Positions 1-13,770 of a stretch of 64,000 nt of DNA are shown here, piece by piece. The translations under genes were made by a program, and so were the position numbers. The notes below the pieces were generated by a model. The model was not told the DNA's origin, did no database searches, and saw nothing but the letters and a program-made list of their open reading frames with translations. The number at the start of each line of letters is the position of its first letter. Positions within the stretch are counted from its first letter, which is position 1. Source of the DNA: Podarcis liolepis (taxonomy: Eukaryota). The stretch lies in assembly GCA_965112155.1 (NCBI GenBank), contig OZ218098.1; one strand, written 5' to 3'.

Positions 1-49
1 CTAGTTCAAAAGCACAGAAGTGCGCACACACACACACATTTTTAATGGC

Positions 50-1175
50 AGCATCTGGAGAGGGCCCAAATGGGAATTGGGGTTCCAGTGGTTCCGGTAC
101 TACCTCAGGACCGAGTCCAGAAATTAGCACTTGGGAGAGTGCTTTTCAGTCCCATGGCAGTTGTGTTATGGGGTGCCATGCTGCAGGGCACTATTTTATC
201 TCCAATGCTATTCACCGTATTTTTCACTCCATAAGACGCACCTGACCATAAGACGCACCTAGTTTTTAGAGGGGGAATGCAAGAAAAAAAAATATTTAAA
301 GGGAGCGCTGAGCAGAGCCTGTATGCATCCCAGGCTCTGCTCAGCGCTCCCTTTCACAAGCCGCGTGGAGCGTGTGTGCAGCGCTTGAAGGCTTTTGCCC
401 GAGGAGGGAAAAGGGCAGCCCGTCAGTGATTCCCTCCTCGGGGAAAAGCCCCCCAAGAGCCACACACGCTCCGTGCGGCTCTTTAAAGGGAACTTTTGGG
501 GGCTTTTCCGGGAGGTGGGGGAAGGGACTGATGGGATGAAGGCTCCCCCTGTCCTGAAGAGGCTTCGCACGGCTAAACCAGAAGCTAGAACAGCAAGAGG
601 GAGCGCTGCGCAGCACTCCCTCTCACTGTTCTGGGTTCTTGGGATAGCCGCGTGAAGCCTCTTCAGGGCTGGGGGATGAAGGCTGCGCTCAAGAGGCTTT
701 GCGTGGCTATCCCTGAAGCCAGAATAGCAAGAGGGATGGGTGCGCAGCAATCCCTGTTGCTCTTCTGGCTTCAGGGATAGCTGCGCAGCCTGCATTCGCT
801 CCATAAGACGCACACACATTTCCCCATACTTTTTAAGAGGGAAAAGGTGTGTCTTATAGAGCTAAAAATACAGTAATATCTATATGAAGCTGCTGGGCGT
901 GCTCGTTAGGAGTTTTGGGGCAAGTTGCCATTCAAACACTGATGTTACTCAGATCTGTTTTTTCACAACATTTGAATTGTGTGGCTTGAATCCTGGTAAA
1001 ACAGAGGCTCTGTGGGTGGGTAATTCAAGAGATCATCTGCACTAGATGAAGCTGTACTCTCCCTGAAGGAGCAGATATATAGTCTGGGGGTGCTTCTGGA
1101 AACAGTTCTGTCACCAGAAGCCCAGGTAACTTCAGTAACTAGACGTACCTTTTACCTCTTGTGCCTGGTACAATA
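50..1175 (+). mobile_element. Degraded L2 LINE reverse-transcriptase fragment, interrupted by a MITE at 215-873
   Basis: Decayed GVP-QGTILSPMLF before the MITE and NIYMKLLG..RSFG..CH...D.TQ after it. These are L2 RT motifs. Boundaries approximate. Confidence 0.7.
215..873. mobile_element. Non-autonomous Tc1/mariner-superfamily (Tc2/pogo-like) DNA transposon with GC-rich interior
   Basis: Ends CCGTATTTTTCACTCCATAAGAC and GTCTTATAGAGCTAAAAATACAG are inverted repeats. TA on the right flank, CA (likely mutated TA) on the left. Confidence 0.8.
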
Positions 1176-2095
1176 TTGCTGTGTTCATCCTCTGAGCCAA
1201 AGGTAAGACCCATGTTGGCTTTTGATGCAAAAGGCTAGAAAAAGTTGAACACTGGGCAGCTGATGCTCTGACTTAGGGCAGAAGGAGTAAAAATAGTCTC
1301 CCCTGTTTCTGTCCCTTCTTCTCCCTTTCTGTCCAAAAGGATACTGGTCTGTTTTTATTGCTGCCATCATCTTCCACACAAGTCAAAGTAATCTTTCTGA
1401 AGCGCATACTTATTCATCAGCTTGCTTAATCAGAAGCTATTGTATTTTCATTAAAACGAGGAACTGTAGCCCAAAGAATCACGCTCCCCAAAGGAGGCAC
1501 AGCAATTCAGGTGCCTTAACAGTACAAGCCTATACATGTCTACTCAGATGCAAGCCTTCATGGGAATCACTTGCACATATTGGCCTGCAGGATTGATTTC
1601 AAGCAAAGGCTTGACTAACAGTGCAAGAAACCGTATCTTAGCCATGGCATTTGGCAAAGCTTCAGAAGGCACCTAACCATTTTGGAATCTGTGCTGTCCA
1701 CTTGCGATGGCCAACCTTAAAAAGGATTCTTTACATTTCCACAGAAACAGGGGTGCTTTCCCTTTTTGCCCTGTCACCCTCTTTTCAACCCCTTTCTACA
1801 TGCCCCATGGACCAGTTATCTTTAGAAGCACCTTCAGGGCGTATGTGTGTCATTAGGGAAGTGTTAGAGTAATAAATAAGAATTCAATTTTTTAAATGGA
1901 ACTCCTGAGTTATTTATGTCTCTTCAGGGACTTAGGTACCAGAAGGGTTATTACTAGCATCATAAATTTTAGATGTTTCCCTGCAGACTGTATGCTGCAG
2001 GATCTTTTGAATAAGGAGTAGAACTTGAAGATCTCAACTTGGGAGTGGAGATGCAAGTTGCTAGTTCTCATAGTTATATAACTATGACAACCCCC

Positions 2096-2817
2096 TAGAA
2101 TCATAGAGTTGGAATAGACCACAAGGGCCATCGAGTCCAACCCCCTGCCAAGCAGGAAACACCATCAGAGCACACCTGACATATGGTTGTCAAGCCTCTG
2201 CTTAAAGACCTCCAAAGTAGGAGACTCCACCACACTCCTTGGCAGCAAATTCCACTGTCAAACAGCTCTTACTGTCAGGAAGTTCTTCCTAATGTTTAGC
2301 TGGAATCTTCTTTCTTGTAGTTTGGATCCATTGCTCCGTGTCCGCTTCTCTGGAGCAGCAGAAAACAACCTTTCTCCCTCCTCTATGTGACATCCTTTTA
2401 TATATTTGAACATGGCTATCATATCACCCCTTAACCTCCTCTTCTCCAGGCTAAACATGCCCAGCTCCCTTAGCCGTTCCTCATAAGGCATCGTTTCCAG
2501 GCCTCTGACCATTTTGGTTGCCCTCCTCTGGACACGTTCCAGTTTGTCAGTGTCCTTCTTGAACTGTGGTGCCCAGAACTGGACACAGTACTCCAGGTGA
2601 GGTCTGACCAGAGTAGAATACAGTGGCACTATTACTTCCCTTGATCTAGATGCTATACTCCTATTGATGCAGCCCAGAATTGCATTGGCTTTTTTAGCTG
2701 CCGCGTCACACTGTTGGCTCATGTCAAGTTTGTGGTCAACCAAGACTCCTAGATCCTTTTCACATGTACTGCTCTCAAGCCAGGTGTCCCCCATCTTGTA
2801 TTTGTGCCTCTCATTTT
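2096..2817 (-). mobile_element. 5'-truncated young CR1 LINE (ORF2 C-terminus and 3' UTR)
   Basis: Open 178-aa ORF 2258-2794 with [22 protein letters not shown] and LEKRRLRGD, followed by an ATTCTA-type tail. Confidence 0.95.
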
Positions 2818-3039
2818 CCCTTTCATAATATGTGATCAGAAAGCAAAGGGGGAGAATTGCTAGTGGTCAAGCGTGAATATTTTTTCTTTACATGGATTAA
2901 TGGGAGCAAAGGACAAAGGGAAAGGATTTGCAGTGCAGGAAATTATGTTTTTCCCCTCTGTCTCGGGCTCTACCTCACTGCCACACAGTTGGGCACAGAG
3001 TTGCTCTCTGCTACCATCCGGCAAAGGGGAAAGGGTGCA

Positions 3040-3312
3040 TCTCAGGTCCAATCTCCAGCTGGGAACAGGACTCCTGTCTAAAACCCCAGAGAATCACTGC
3101 CGGTCAGCATAGACAATATTATATATGTTCCACTTTGTGCATCTAATGAAGTGCTCTTTAGTCCACAAAAACTTCTACCATTTTTAAGGCACCACATAAT
3201 TCTTCGTAGATTTTGCTGCAACAAACTAATACCAATACCCCTCTGTAAAAGTGTAGACAACAGTGAGCTAGAAGAATGTAGTGTTCTGCTCAGTCTAAGG
3301 CAGCTTCCTATG
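3040..3312 (+). mobile_element. Squam3-type SINE remnant interrupted by a Penelope-like fragment (~3117-3250)
   Basis: SINE body ...ACTGCCGGTCAGCATAGACAA resumes as AGTGTAGACAA...TAAGGCAGCTTCCTATG. The insert resembles a Penelope terminal repeat. Confidence 0.55.
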
Positions 3313-6300
3313 AGGTATCTTGGCATATGAACGATCTCCATTTTAGCCCTTATCCTCTGCCCCAGGCCACATCTTCATTACTAAGCTTCATGTCTTCCAC
3401 AACTTCTGTATGTAAGTTATCTGTGAGAGAGATTTGGATCATGTCCACGGTTGGTAACCACACCAATTAAGTTCTACCTGTGCTTTAAAACGATGCTTAT
3501 GCAGGAGTAGTAGTTGCACAAGTACATGGATCGGGATGTGCAATCAAATGTGGACCCCGTGGAAAGCAATGCGATGTAGTTAAACAGCATCAAAGCTTGG
3601 CTGCTTGTTTCAATTTGTGCTTCGAGTGCGCATTTATGTATGAGGCTCAAGATCTAGCAAGTTATGAGCAAAAGCCCAAAGTGGCCACTCATTCAAATGG
3701 ATGGTCACCTGGAAGTAAGATCAAAGCATTCAATGGTGTTTACTTCCCAAGCAAATGTTTGAAAGGCTGCAGCCAAAGTACACCATTTTGTTATCTAAGG
3801 CACTAATTTCTGCACATTAGTGCCACATTTAATTAGGGTTAACAGGAGCTCAGAAAGGATCCACAATTTATAAATCCCCTGGAATATTTGGTGGTGCAGA
3901 ACTCTTTGAGTGGATTCTGACAAACTAATTGTGTTGGTGCAAGGATTTTCTGATTGTGCAAATGGACTTACCCTCCTTCTCTTCTCCCTGCACACCCTCT
4001 GTGCCCTTCCCAAATCTGCTCTGGGTGATTGGGGCCCCCCAATAACAAATTTAAGGGATATGCAGGGGTGCAAGGAAAGAGGCGAGGGAGGAGACGTTCT
4101 GTTGCACACCCAAAATTCACTGACACTAATAGAACTACTTCATTGGACACCACCATTTATTTTTTAATTTACATTTTCTTTTCCTTCAAAGAATACTTAG
4201 GGGCATCTCAGTGACTCTAAATCACATAATAAACATAAATTCATATTTCAAAGACGAAATATTTCCACCTTTATTGTGGCTCTTTCACCACAACCTCACC
4301 AAAGCACTTTACAAACAGCAGCTAATGATGTTTGCTTTGCTATAATCTGTCAGGGCAAGAGGAAGAAATCTGACATTCCTCTTGTTCATTAAAATACACT
4401 ACCACCCTGCAGTCCTGCCCGGACATTATCTAGTAGTACCATATATGTTTTGTGGATCTAATAGAAATAAGTGCATTGTGTTTGTCTCCCTCAGTAAAAG
4501 TCAGCACCAAATTCAGGAGCCAAAGGAACAGAAGTCATTGGAATGGAGAATATCACCATATCAGTATCAAGAGAACACATGTACAATTTGTAAGATACCA
4601 GAGTGGTAATCCCACCTCTCTGGGGCTGGATCCTGCAGGCTTCATTAACAATAAGCAAACAGATGGTGAAACCATATGGGATCATGTACCACCCCATATG
4701 CCAGGGTCCCCACCAGCACTGGCATTGGTAATATGTGAGATCATTTGCTTATCTAACAAGATTTGTATACCACTTCTTTTTTTAAAAAAAAACTCCAGTA
4801 ACCTTACATTGTTTACATAAAGTAATATAGGGTTTCATCCACCCCTGCCATTCCAGTCATATAACAGAACTTCCCTTTCTTCCCCTGAGACCCGCACACC
4901 CTCAAGATCTGCTCCAGAGGGTTCTAGGACCCTCTCTAACATATTTTGGAGACAAGCAAGGAGAGGGTGATGAAGTCCCATTGTATGAGCAGAATGCCAC
5001 TCACAGCGCATTAGATACAACCCACAAAGTATTGTTTTACATGATTCAACTAGCTAAATGCTACTGGAGTGGAATCTGGGCACACAGCAGTGATAACTAT
5101 GCCATCCCAGGTAATGTATGGACTAAGGTATATTTATTTATTCGCAGGCTTATTTGCACCACCCTTCGAAGAAATCCCTAGCATGACACACAACAAAATC
5201 AAAATGCATTAAGACGAGCCAACCAAATAAAAACAGCATACTAAAAATAATATTCTCAAAGCAGGCGTGATTCTGGGGAGAGCATTTGGTAATCACTGTG
5301 TTGGTATTTAAACACCTAAGAAGGTGTTTTCCTTTGTTACCACCCACCACACCTTGGTAGAGCCTCTACTGAAGATTTTACTGCCTGGAGAAACAGATGG
5401 GTAAACCTTTTGCAAACTGACTTTTAGAGGGAGGAATGGCACAGTTTCACAAAATGAATAGCATGCCCTAAAGATATATGTAATGCCCCAGGGCATCTAT
5501 ATGCAATGAAGATATTCCTTAATAATTTTGTTATACTAAATCACAATGTGCAAGAGAAAGCAGTCCTGTCCATTCTATTCTTCTCTAGTGCATAGCTTAA
5601 AAAATAAATAAATCGCAGTCTGATGAGTAGATCAGAATGTATTACAAATGTGAAGATGAATGACCACTCTTATTTTAATACATGTATATAGTACCAATAA
5701 GAGAAAAGAGAAATTAAAAGATTATCTAATGATTATCTTATCAAAGTTTCCGATTTACATTTAGTCACAGGTATCTTAAAAACCCACTGCCAGTTCTTTT
5801 TTTGGCAACATAACCAGACAGGCCAGAAAAAGATTATATTCTCTCTGGGTTTAGAAGTCAAAAGGGAATGATAAGTAGTAACAGAGACTTGCAAATCAGT
5901 AAAAATCAACGCTTATGTAACACTGCATAATCATTCTTTTCTCCTGCTGCTCCCTCATGCATTTGATTAATGTATTGTACCATTGATTTGCACTGTTTGA
6001 CATATCCCAGCTACATTTTGTATGCATAATTCCACAGATAAAGAAAAAGAAGTGAGAGTTTAATTAGAAAAACTGTCAGTTTTAAAGAATCAAAGATTTA
6101 AAACTTTCTGGATCACATCAGTCTTGATAAGCAGAAGGCAACTCACCAAAAACCCAAGTCACCTGCAAGCTAGCAACAGATCAAATTCACATTGCCAAGA
6201 ACATATTTTTAATGATGTTAGTATATGTTTCAAGATTCATAAACTAATAGGGTATTTCGGGACAGTGGGATACTGAAAAGGTTTGCAAGTGGTTACAAAA

Positions 6301-7116
6301 GCTAATATAATTTATTCAGTTTACCGGGAAATTGGAAAATATCTATAAGATAAACAAAATATACTATTTAAATAATCACATGGTATCCAGAAAAGCAGTT
6401 CCGTTAGTACAAGTACCCCTTGCTCTCCTCTCCCCACACATCCCTAAAACTGTTCTGGGTTTCCCCCAACTCTCAGGAGCAGCTTTTTGTGGGGGGTGTG
6501 GAAGGGAGAGGAGAAAGAAGGGAAGATCCATGGATCAAATGGAATTCCTTGCACTCACAGAACTACTTTACTGGATAGAACCTATGGAATCAGATTATAC
6601 ATCAATATTTAGCAAATTATATATCTACTTATCCCAATGATGTGTATATCATACTCCTTTTACGCACATGCCACATTTCCTCTTCACCATATACTACGCT
6701 GTTCCATTAAGCCATTTCAGAACTACACCTTAATAATGAGGCATAGATGTGTGAACTCTCCTGGAGACCATTTATGGACTCCCATACTGCAGAAACTGCA
6801 CAAAAATGCATTTCTGGTTTCAAGACCTAGTTTCAAGAACTGTGGCTTTGTATAAGAAAAAGCATCAGTAATGACTGACAAGCACAGGGGAGTTCTCATA
6901 CTTCTCCAGGAAAAGTAGAAAGAAAAAATTATAGAGTGGACTGTGCTTGTTATCTAGCACATTCTCTGGTAAGTGGGGAGGCTATTGTGCTCTCCTGTCA
7001 TTCCCAATACTTTCTAGAAGATACTGGCATTTTTCAAACTGGTTCAATGGTCAGAGGATCCCACTAGAACTGTAGTGTTCAAGGTTCAAATTGCCACCTA
7101 GCCATAAAGTTTATAT

Positions 7117-7714
7117 GGTGACTTTTGTGGGATGTGAAACACAGGAGCAGTCATTTACAACATTCCTAGAGTGTACATGTTCAGACATGGGGAGGGATGT
7201 TTGTCCAGCCAGCAGGTAAACTTCCTGTTTCCCTCTGAGCTGGGACAGACTTCCTCTGCATGTGACTAGAGGTGGGTGTGGCCTCACCTGTGCAGGTAAT
7301 GATAAAAGCACAGGGCAGGGGCAGCCATCTCTCTCTTACCTCTCTTGCCTCTCTTCCATCGAACAAGCAACATCTACTAAGCTAAAGATGCCCTCTTGGC
7401 TGCCAGCCAGGAGAGGAGAAAGGGACTATCTTCTTATAAGATAAAATCCAAATGTATATTACTTCACTAAGACTAAGTCTGCCTTCTGGGATCTGATGTG
7501 AACAGAATGTGAGTAAACTCTTTTTATACTTTTGTAAAGGACTGTGTCGTGTCTTCTATTTTAAGAGGGAATAAGGGGAAATTACCAGAGTGATTATTAT
7601 AGAGGCTTAAGCAAGCCTGAAGAAACGCTGCCGTTGCAAACTTAAAGGGGAATATTTTACTCTGCTGATATTGGAAACTTGTTAACACAAGTTGGATAAG
7701 GATATAATCTCACA
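7117..7714 (+). mobile_element. Probable solo LTR
   Basis: Ends GGTGA (likely mutated TGTGA) and TCACA, 4-bp direct repeat ATAT on both sides. TATA-like GATAAAAG (~7301) and AGTAAA (~7512) in LTR order. Confidence 0.55.
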
Positions 7715-8920
7715 ATATATCCTCTCCTACATCCCTGAACATTCCCACAACTTTGAGCATAGTCCCCAATCCAACCTATTTCATTGCCCTGTGCTGGAAG
7801 GAAGGGAGGAATAATAAAACTGAATGAAGAAAATTTTAAAAATGAACTACTAAGAGCATCTTCTGTGTTTGTTTTAGTAATAAGGCCATCAAGGGAAGCC
7901 TGGAACATGTAATTCAATATTACATATGTTGGAGAGAGTCCACTGCTATTTCATTTTGCAAACAGGATGGCAGCAGCAAATCAATTCAATTCAAAGTACC
8001 ACAAACTGGATCGTGCCAGAGGTGATGTATTTGGAACCAGAGACAGTATACTAGCAAAGATTGTTAAAGAACCTATCGACAAACTGTATGTGCTGTTCCC
8101 ACAGACAATTAAATTGCTCAAGCTGCTTTTTCAGCACAAAGAACCTATGAAAATGCAGGCTGCAACCAGCTGTGATGAAGCTATCTCAAGTGCTGGCAAA
8201 GATGCTTCATTAATTTTCCAGGGATGTGAGAATAATGACAATCTTCCAGAAACATTACGGCCACTGATAGTTGTTGTTGCTTCCAGAATCCCAAAGCACA
8301 TTTGTTTGCTGGGTTTTCTGGCACCCCAGATGAGTAAGAAACAGACCCTTAAGGAATCAACCTGATGCTGTCAAGTAACACACTGTGGCGAAAGGATTGT
8401 AATCAGGAGTTTGTTCATAGTTTTCATGAAGTGAAACTGTAACCTGTATTCAGAGTTGCTGTTCTGTTTGATACTCAGGGCAGAGAACAAATTCAGCTTC
8501 TCAGAAATAGATACTCTGCTGAAGAAATCCCCCAGTGAACAACCACAACACAAGATTGTGGCCACACTGTGCACTGAAACCATGCAGTCCTAAGATCTAT
8601 TGATGTACTCCATACATTTTTTTGTCCTGGACTCAGATGAAAAGTCCTCAGATGCAGAGACAGATTCACCCACCAAACCTTTCCATGTGTATCTCCTGTC
8701 TCCATCTCCTCACTTGAACCTGAGGAGGCACCTAAGCTGCTAGACTCTTATGACTGGACCATAAACTCTTCAGAGAAAATACCCAAGGAAGCCCTCAAAG
8801 TAGTGCACACAGCTTGAAACCAGGTTGCTTGGAAGAAGCCAATGGCTGCAGAACAAAGTACTAGTCCGTTAACTTGCCAGATTCAACACTCAAGGGATGG
8901 AACTTTAATCTTCACTACCT

Positions 8921-9290
8921 AAAGGTAAAGGTAAAGGTACCCCTGCCCGTACGGGCCAGTCTTGACAGACTCTAGGGTTGTGCGCTCATCTCACTCTAGA
9001 GGCCGGGAGCCAGTGCTGTCCGGAGACACCTCCGGGTCACGTGGCCAGCGTGACGAAGCTGCTCTTGGCGAACCGGCACTAGAGCAGCACACGGAAACGC
9101 CGTTTACCTTCCCGCTATAAAGCGGTACCTATTTATCTACTTGCACTTAAGGGTGCTTTCGAACTGCTAGGTGGGCAGGAGCTGGGACTGAACGATGGGA
9201 GTGCACCCCGCCGCGGGGATTCGAACCACCGACCATGCGATCAGCAAGTCCTAGGCACTGAGGTTTTACCCACAGCACCACCCACGTCCC
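8921..9290 (-). mobile_element. Sauria (Squam1) SINE, full length
   Basis: tRNA-like head GGGACGTGGGTGGTGCTGTGGG with B box GGTTCGAATCCC, (ACCTTT)n tail, TSD TTCACTACCTA (8911-8921 / 9291-9301). Confidence 0.93.
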
Positions 9291-11967
9291 TTCACTACCT
9301 AGCCAGGGCTAAAAAGCTCTGATAGTTGTTCCAGGACAATGTTGAGACGACAAGACTGCCAGTCACGATCCTGAACCTGAATCAGCACCTTGGTCCAGAC
9401 TATTTCAGAGCCATGCTTTAAGAAAGTATTCATCTGATAGATATGGTCAAGGAAAACACATCTAAAATCCAAAGCTCCGAGGGAAACCAGCAAAAGTACA
9501 TTCTGCAACTTGAACACACAGGAAATAGAAAGCCTCTGTTCACAGAAGAAATGCAAAGTCAAATGTATTCAAGAACTCTGCAAAACTGCCATCCTCCAGT
9601 ACAATCCAGAAGGCTGAATTAGCACCATATACAAGTTGGATGGCAAAAATATAGATACCACAAACTGGACCGTGTATCAAGGTAAACTACTTCAAAATGT
9701 TTTTTATTATTAATTATTATTCTTATTGTTATTATTATTATTATTGCAAATTTCTGTGCATAATTTTTATAGTACTGTTGATTATTAATTAATTTGCATT
9801 GTATTATTACACTGTAGCTTCATATCTCAAAAAAACTTGTGTTTGGTTGCTGACTTTGACTCTGCCATGTAAACAGCTCCTGGTATGCAGTGCTCTGCTC
9901 TGACTTTTTACTTTTCAGTTCTTCAACATGTGGATTTAATTCTTTCATGCAGGTCTCGGTCTGTAGCTACCAATGACCCATCATTACACTTAGTCCTTAT
10001 CATTTAATCAGATATAGTGTTCCAGGCCTTTATATAAGGACATTCATCTCAAAGCCAGGTCTTCAGCCTTGCCTTCAGTCCTACTTATGATATTCCATAG
10101 TCTCTTGGGAGGTGGAGGTTAAAATAAAAATTCTGATCTGCTTCTGAGTTGCACTGTGCTGTCTGCTTCCATTTGTGCTTCAAATTCAATGCCACTTTCT
10201 ATAAAATAAAGCTCTGAGTACTCCATTCGCTATAAACAGAATCTGAAAACAGCTCTAACTCCCCCTCTTTTGACCAAAGTGGATGAAATTTGCAGGCACA
10301 AAAGCCCTACCAGAGAGGATAAATTCTGCCGAATTGTACACAGGAGTTTACATGCATGGCCCATTTAAAGGTTTGGTTTTTTTAACTAACTTTTTCATTC
10401 TCTGCCATAATTAGATGTGATTTGCAGGCACGGTCACCCCTTCTGTGGAGGTGATGCTTGCCCAATTTCAGAATGCTAGCTGCTGTGGCTCTCCTGTAAG
10501 GGCAAACTTTAATCTTTGGGGATAAGTACAACAGGAATCAGGGGCGGGGGGTTAGGAGAAAAGAGTATGGATCCCCAGGAAAACCTATTATCCCTGAGAG
10601 GCAGTTTATTAACTCTTTTACTCACATGTCCCCAACAACAGTAAAATATTGGGGAAGTGTGATATTAACCCAAATGAAGCATTGTATTTTGGAAAGCACA
10701 TGTCTCCACATGCAAAGGAACTTGCAGTGAACATTTGATAAATTATAAATAGATTGTCCTGAACAGACTTAGGAGCCTGAGGGCTATTGTTTTTCCCTTT
10801 TCATAAGCACCAAGCCATGATGATGGGATGTGACATCCTTGCAATGTTCGCTTCTCACTGCATGATCCTAAAAACAAATTGCTTACAACAAAGGGATGAC
10901 AATATTACTGTATCCTACATACAGATGTGCGTGGCAGAGAAAACTAATAAGAAGATTACACTGAGTCAGAATTTCCAATTTTAAGAACAACTGACACTTT
11001 GGTGGGGTGGGGGATGTATACTGTGTGAAAACCACATCAAAAAAAGCCCCATCTGCAAATCTCCTGACTTTCATCATCCCCAATATGGAAGATAAAGAAA
11101 ATGTGAAAACAATTTCTCTCTGTGCTCTAAGCTGAACATTTCAGTTCAAACTTTGCTTTTTCTTCACACTTCAGCTGCCTCAGACTACATCTCTTTAATA
11201 CTCAGGAAGACAGTTCCCTGAATCAATAAGCAATGGTACATGAGACACAAAAATCTCTGTTTTTAAAGATATGCTGGTCCAGGAGAGAGGGGGGACCTAA
11301 CAAACTACAAAAGAGACAGCTCAAGTTTGTGGCACAAAAACGCCCAAAAATAGAATAAACAAAAGCTGACAACTATTAGCATGTGATTCTCAAAGGTATT
11401 CAGGGTAAACTGAATTAAGGTCCCACAGAGATCCAGAACTGAGGCAATATTAAAGGCCATTCCAGAATATTAAAGGCCATTCTACACATTATGGGCCAGT
11501 AAACCCGTGTTTGTTCTTAAGCGCATACATGACCAAGAGCTGTAGCCAACACTGGCTCTCCAATGCATGATTCCAAATGCTATATGGATTTTCAGATATG
11601 TGTACAATTAAAAACATAAGCAGTCCCCGTTATATTAACCACATGTGAAATGATCAGAGCTACTGACAGATACAAAAAATGGTGAAAACGAAGGGGGGAA
11701 ATCAAATGTCATTTCCCCACCACCATCTCTCTTTTGTTTTATAACCAGTAAGTAAGAATAGTTTTGTGCTCTGTGTACAACATACATGTAGAACGTAAAA
11801 ATGGCCTCCTACCCTGCTCAAATATGGTTTAATGTTCCTACACAATTACAGGCTCCACATCAGAAAATCTTCTGAGGTCAATATTTACAAATTCTTCCAA
11901 TGTCTTATCATGATCTTTATACATTTATACTCTTATTAATACCTATAGCACCCTTTAAACATTTATA

Positions 11968-12193
11968 CAGTGGTACCTCGGGTTACATACACTTCAGGTT
12001 ACAGACTCCGCTAACCCAGAAATAGTGCTTCAGGTTAAGAACTTTGCTTCAGGATGAGAACAGAAATCGTGCTCTGGCAGCGCGGCGGCAGCAGGAGGCC
12101 CCATTAGCTAAAGTGGTGCTTCAGGTTAAGAACAGTTTCAAGTTAAGTACAGACCTCCAGAAAGAATTAAGTACTTAACCCGAGGTACCACTG
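11968..12193. mobile_element. Tigger/pogo-like MITE
   Basis: Perfect 18-bp TIR CAGTGGTACCTCGGGTTA, TA target duplication. Confidence 0.9.
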
Positions 12194-12339
12194 TATGTAG
12201 CACCTTTTATACATTTATACACAATGCCCTTTATGTTTACTTGCTTACTCTGATGTATCAGTCAAACAAAGACAGCTCTTAATATTTATTGCCTTTAAAT
12301 AAACTATTTGTTTTTAAATATGAACTCGAATACATACAG

Positions 12340-12665
12340 CAGGCACGTCCAACAGGTAGATCGTGATCTACTGTTAGATCACTGGACATCTGTGGTAGAT
12401 CACTGGCTCCCTCCAAAGAAGCTCAACAACTTTGGCTGCCCTAAAAAAAGCTCATTTTTTTTGCCCTGCACCCCCCAAAAATGGGGCTTTCCTTCACCCT
12501 ACAAAAAGCTCAACAACAACTTTGATCTGAATGCCTAAAAAACAGGCCTTCCTTCTCCCCAAAAAATCTCAACAACTTTGACCTGAACCCCAAAAAGGGG
12601 GTAGATCACTGCCAGTTTTTAACTCTGTAAGTAGATCACGGTCTCTTGGGAGCTGGCCACCCCAG
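12340..12665. mobile_element. hAT-type MITE with internal AAAAGCTCAACAAC repeats (related fragments at ~13245 and ~15088)
   Basis: CAGG...-type terminus, 8-bp flanks ACATACAG / ACACACAG, repeated GTAGATC subterminal motifs. Confidence 0.6.
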
Positions 12666-13706
12666 ACACACAGTAACTATACTCATTGCCACCTATGACA
12701 ACTTTAAATCTTGCCAAACGTTGCTTTTCTTTTTAGCAGATTGCTACTTCCTGTTTCCTGACTGTCTTTCTAAAACAATAAAAAGGACCTATGGCAGGTG
12801 CTTGTATTTACCCCAGCTGTTTTCTCTGTTGTACTAGACCCGTAACATAACAATAACCAGCCTCCCCCGACTTCCAGTGATATAAAGCAGCTGGTCAAAC
12901 TAAGGCCATTAAGCATGAAGTGCACTGAACTATAACAGCACATAAACTGGCACCAAGCTGAGCAACATTCTGGGGCTCTCCAAATATTCATTTGGGCAAT
13001 CATGTCCCAACAGTCATGCACAATATTCTGATTTTATTTCATTTCATTGACACAAACTTATCACTTCTGTAGCATAAACTGTGGCTGCTGTACAAAAATG
13101 ACTCTCTTTCTTCAGATTTTAAGGGTAATAGTCTTCTCTTTCTACTGTTGATGCCGCCACCATTCTTCCATTGTTTTTCTGTGTCCATTTTCGACTGTAA
13201 GCCTTGGAGGGTAACTACTTACGCAGGGAGACTGAACAATAAATCAGGGGTGTTCAACTTCCAAGAGACTGCGATCTACTCCCACTCAACAAGAGTTGAG
13301 CTTTTCTTCTTTTTTAATCGCGTGATCACGTGATCAACCGGTTAAACAGGCCTGATATTAATCAACTGACTTTCTCTCAAAAAGTAGGCAAAGGGTTTTA
13401 TTATTTCAGCAGTAGGAATCAAAATAAATCTCAAATTCACTTTCAGTTGTCAGTAACCATTAGCTTGAAAGAGAGAACACCTTCACAACATTTCCTCAAT
13501 TTTCCACATGCCACTATTTGTGTGTGCCAGTGGAGCAGATATGATTATTCCTTCATTAGTCGTCACCATGGATCACTAATGATAGTACGGTCACATAACA
13601 AAGCATCCCAAACAAACTTGCCAATAATAGTACCATTTTTGCATGAGCTGTGCAATACAAGCCAATAATCAAGAAAGACAGTACTTGGTTGTGAAACAAT
13701 ACTTTT

Positions 13707-13714
13707 TATTATTA

Positions 13715-13767
<53 letters not shown>

Positions 13768-13770
13768 TAC
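13707..13770. repeat. (ATT)n microsatellite
   Basis: Read directly from sequence. Confidence 0.95.

Noticed and set aside
259-819. 186-aa minus-strand ORF
   Set aside because: Lies wholly within a GC-rich MITE and has no transposase motifs.
2258-2794. Intact 178-aa ORF as a host gene
   Set aside because: It is the C-terminus of CR1 ORF2 from a 5'-truncated copy.
9200-9290. tRNA genes suggested by GGTTCGAATCCC boxes (also ~17030, ~23525, ~24030, ~46080)
   Set aside because: These are tRNA-derived SINE heads attached to SINE bodies, with no full cloverleaf.
11446-11482. 20-bp tandem duplication AATATTAAAGGCCATTC(CAG)
   Set aside because: Ordinary slippage or repair duplication with no sign of function.
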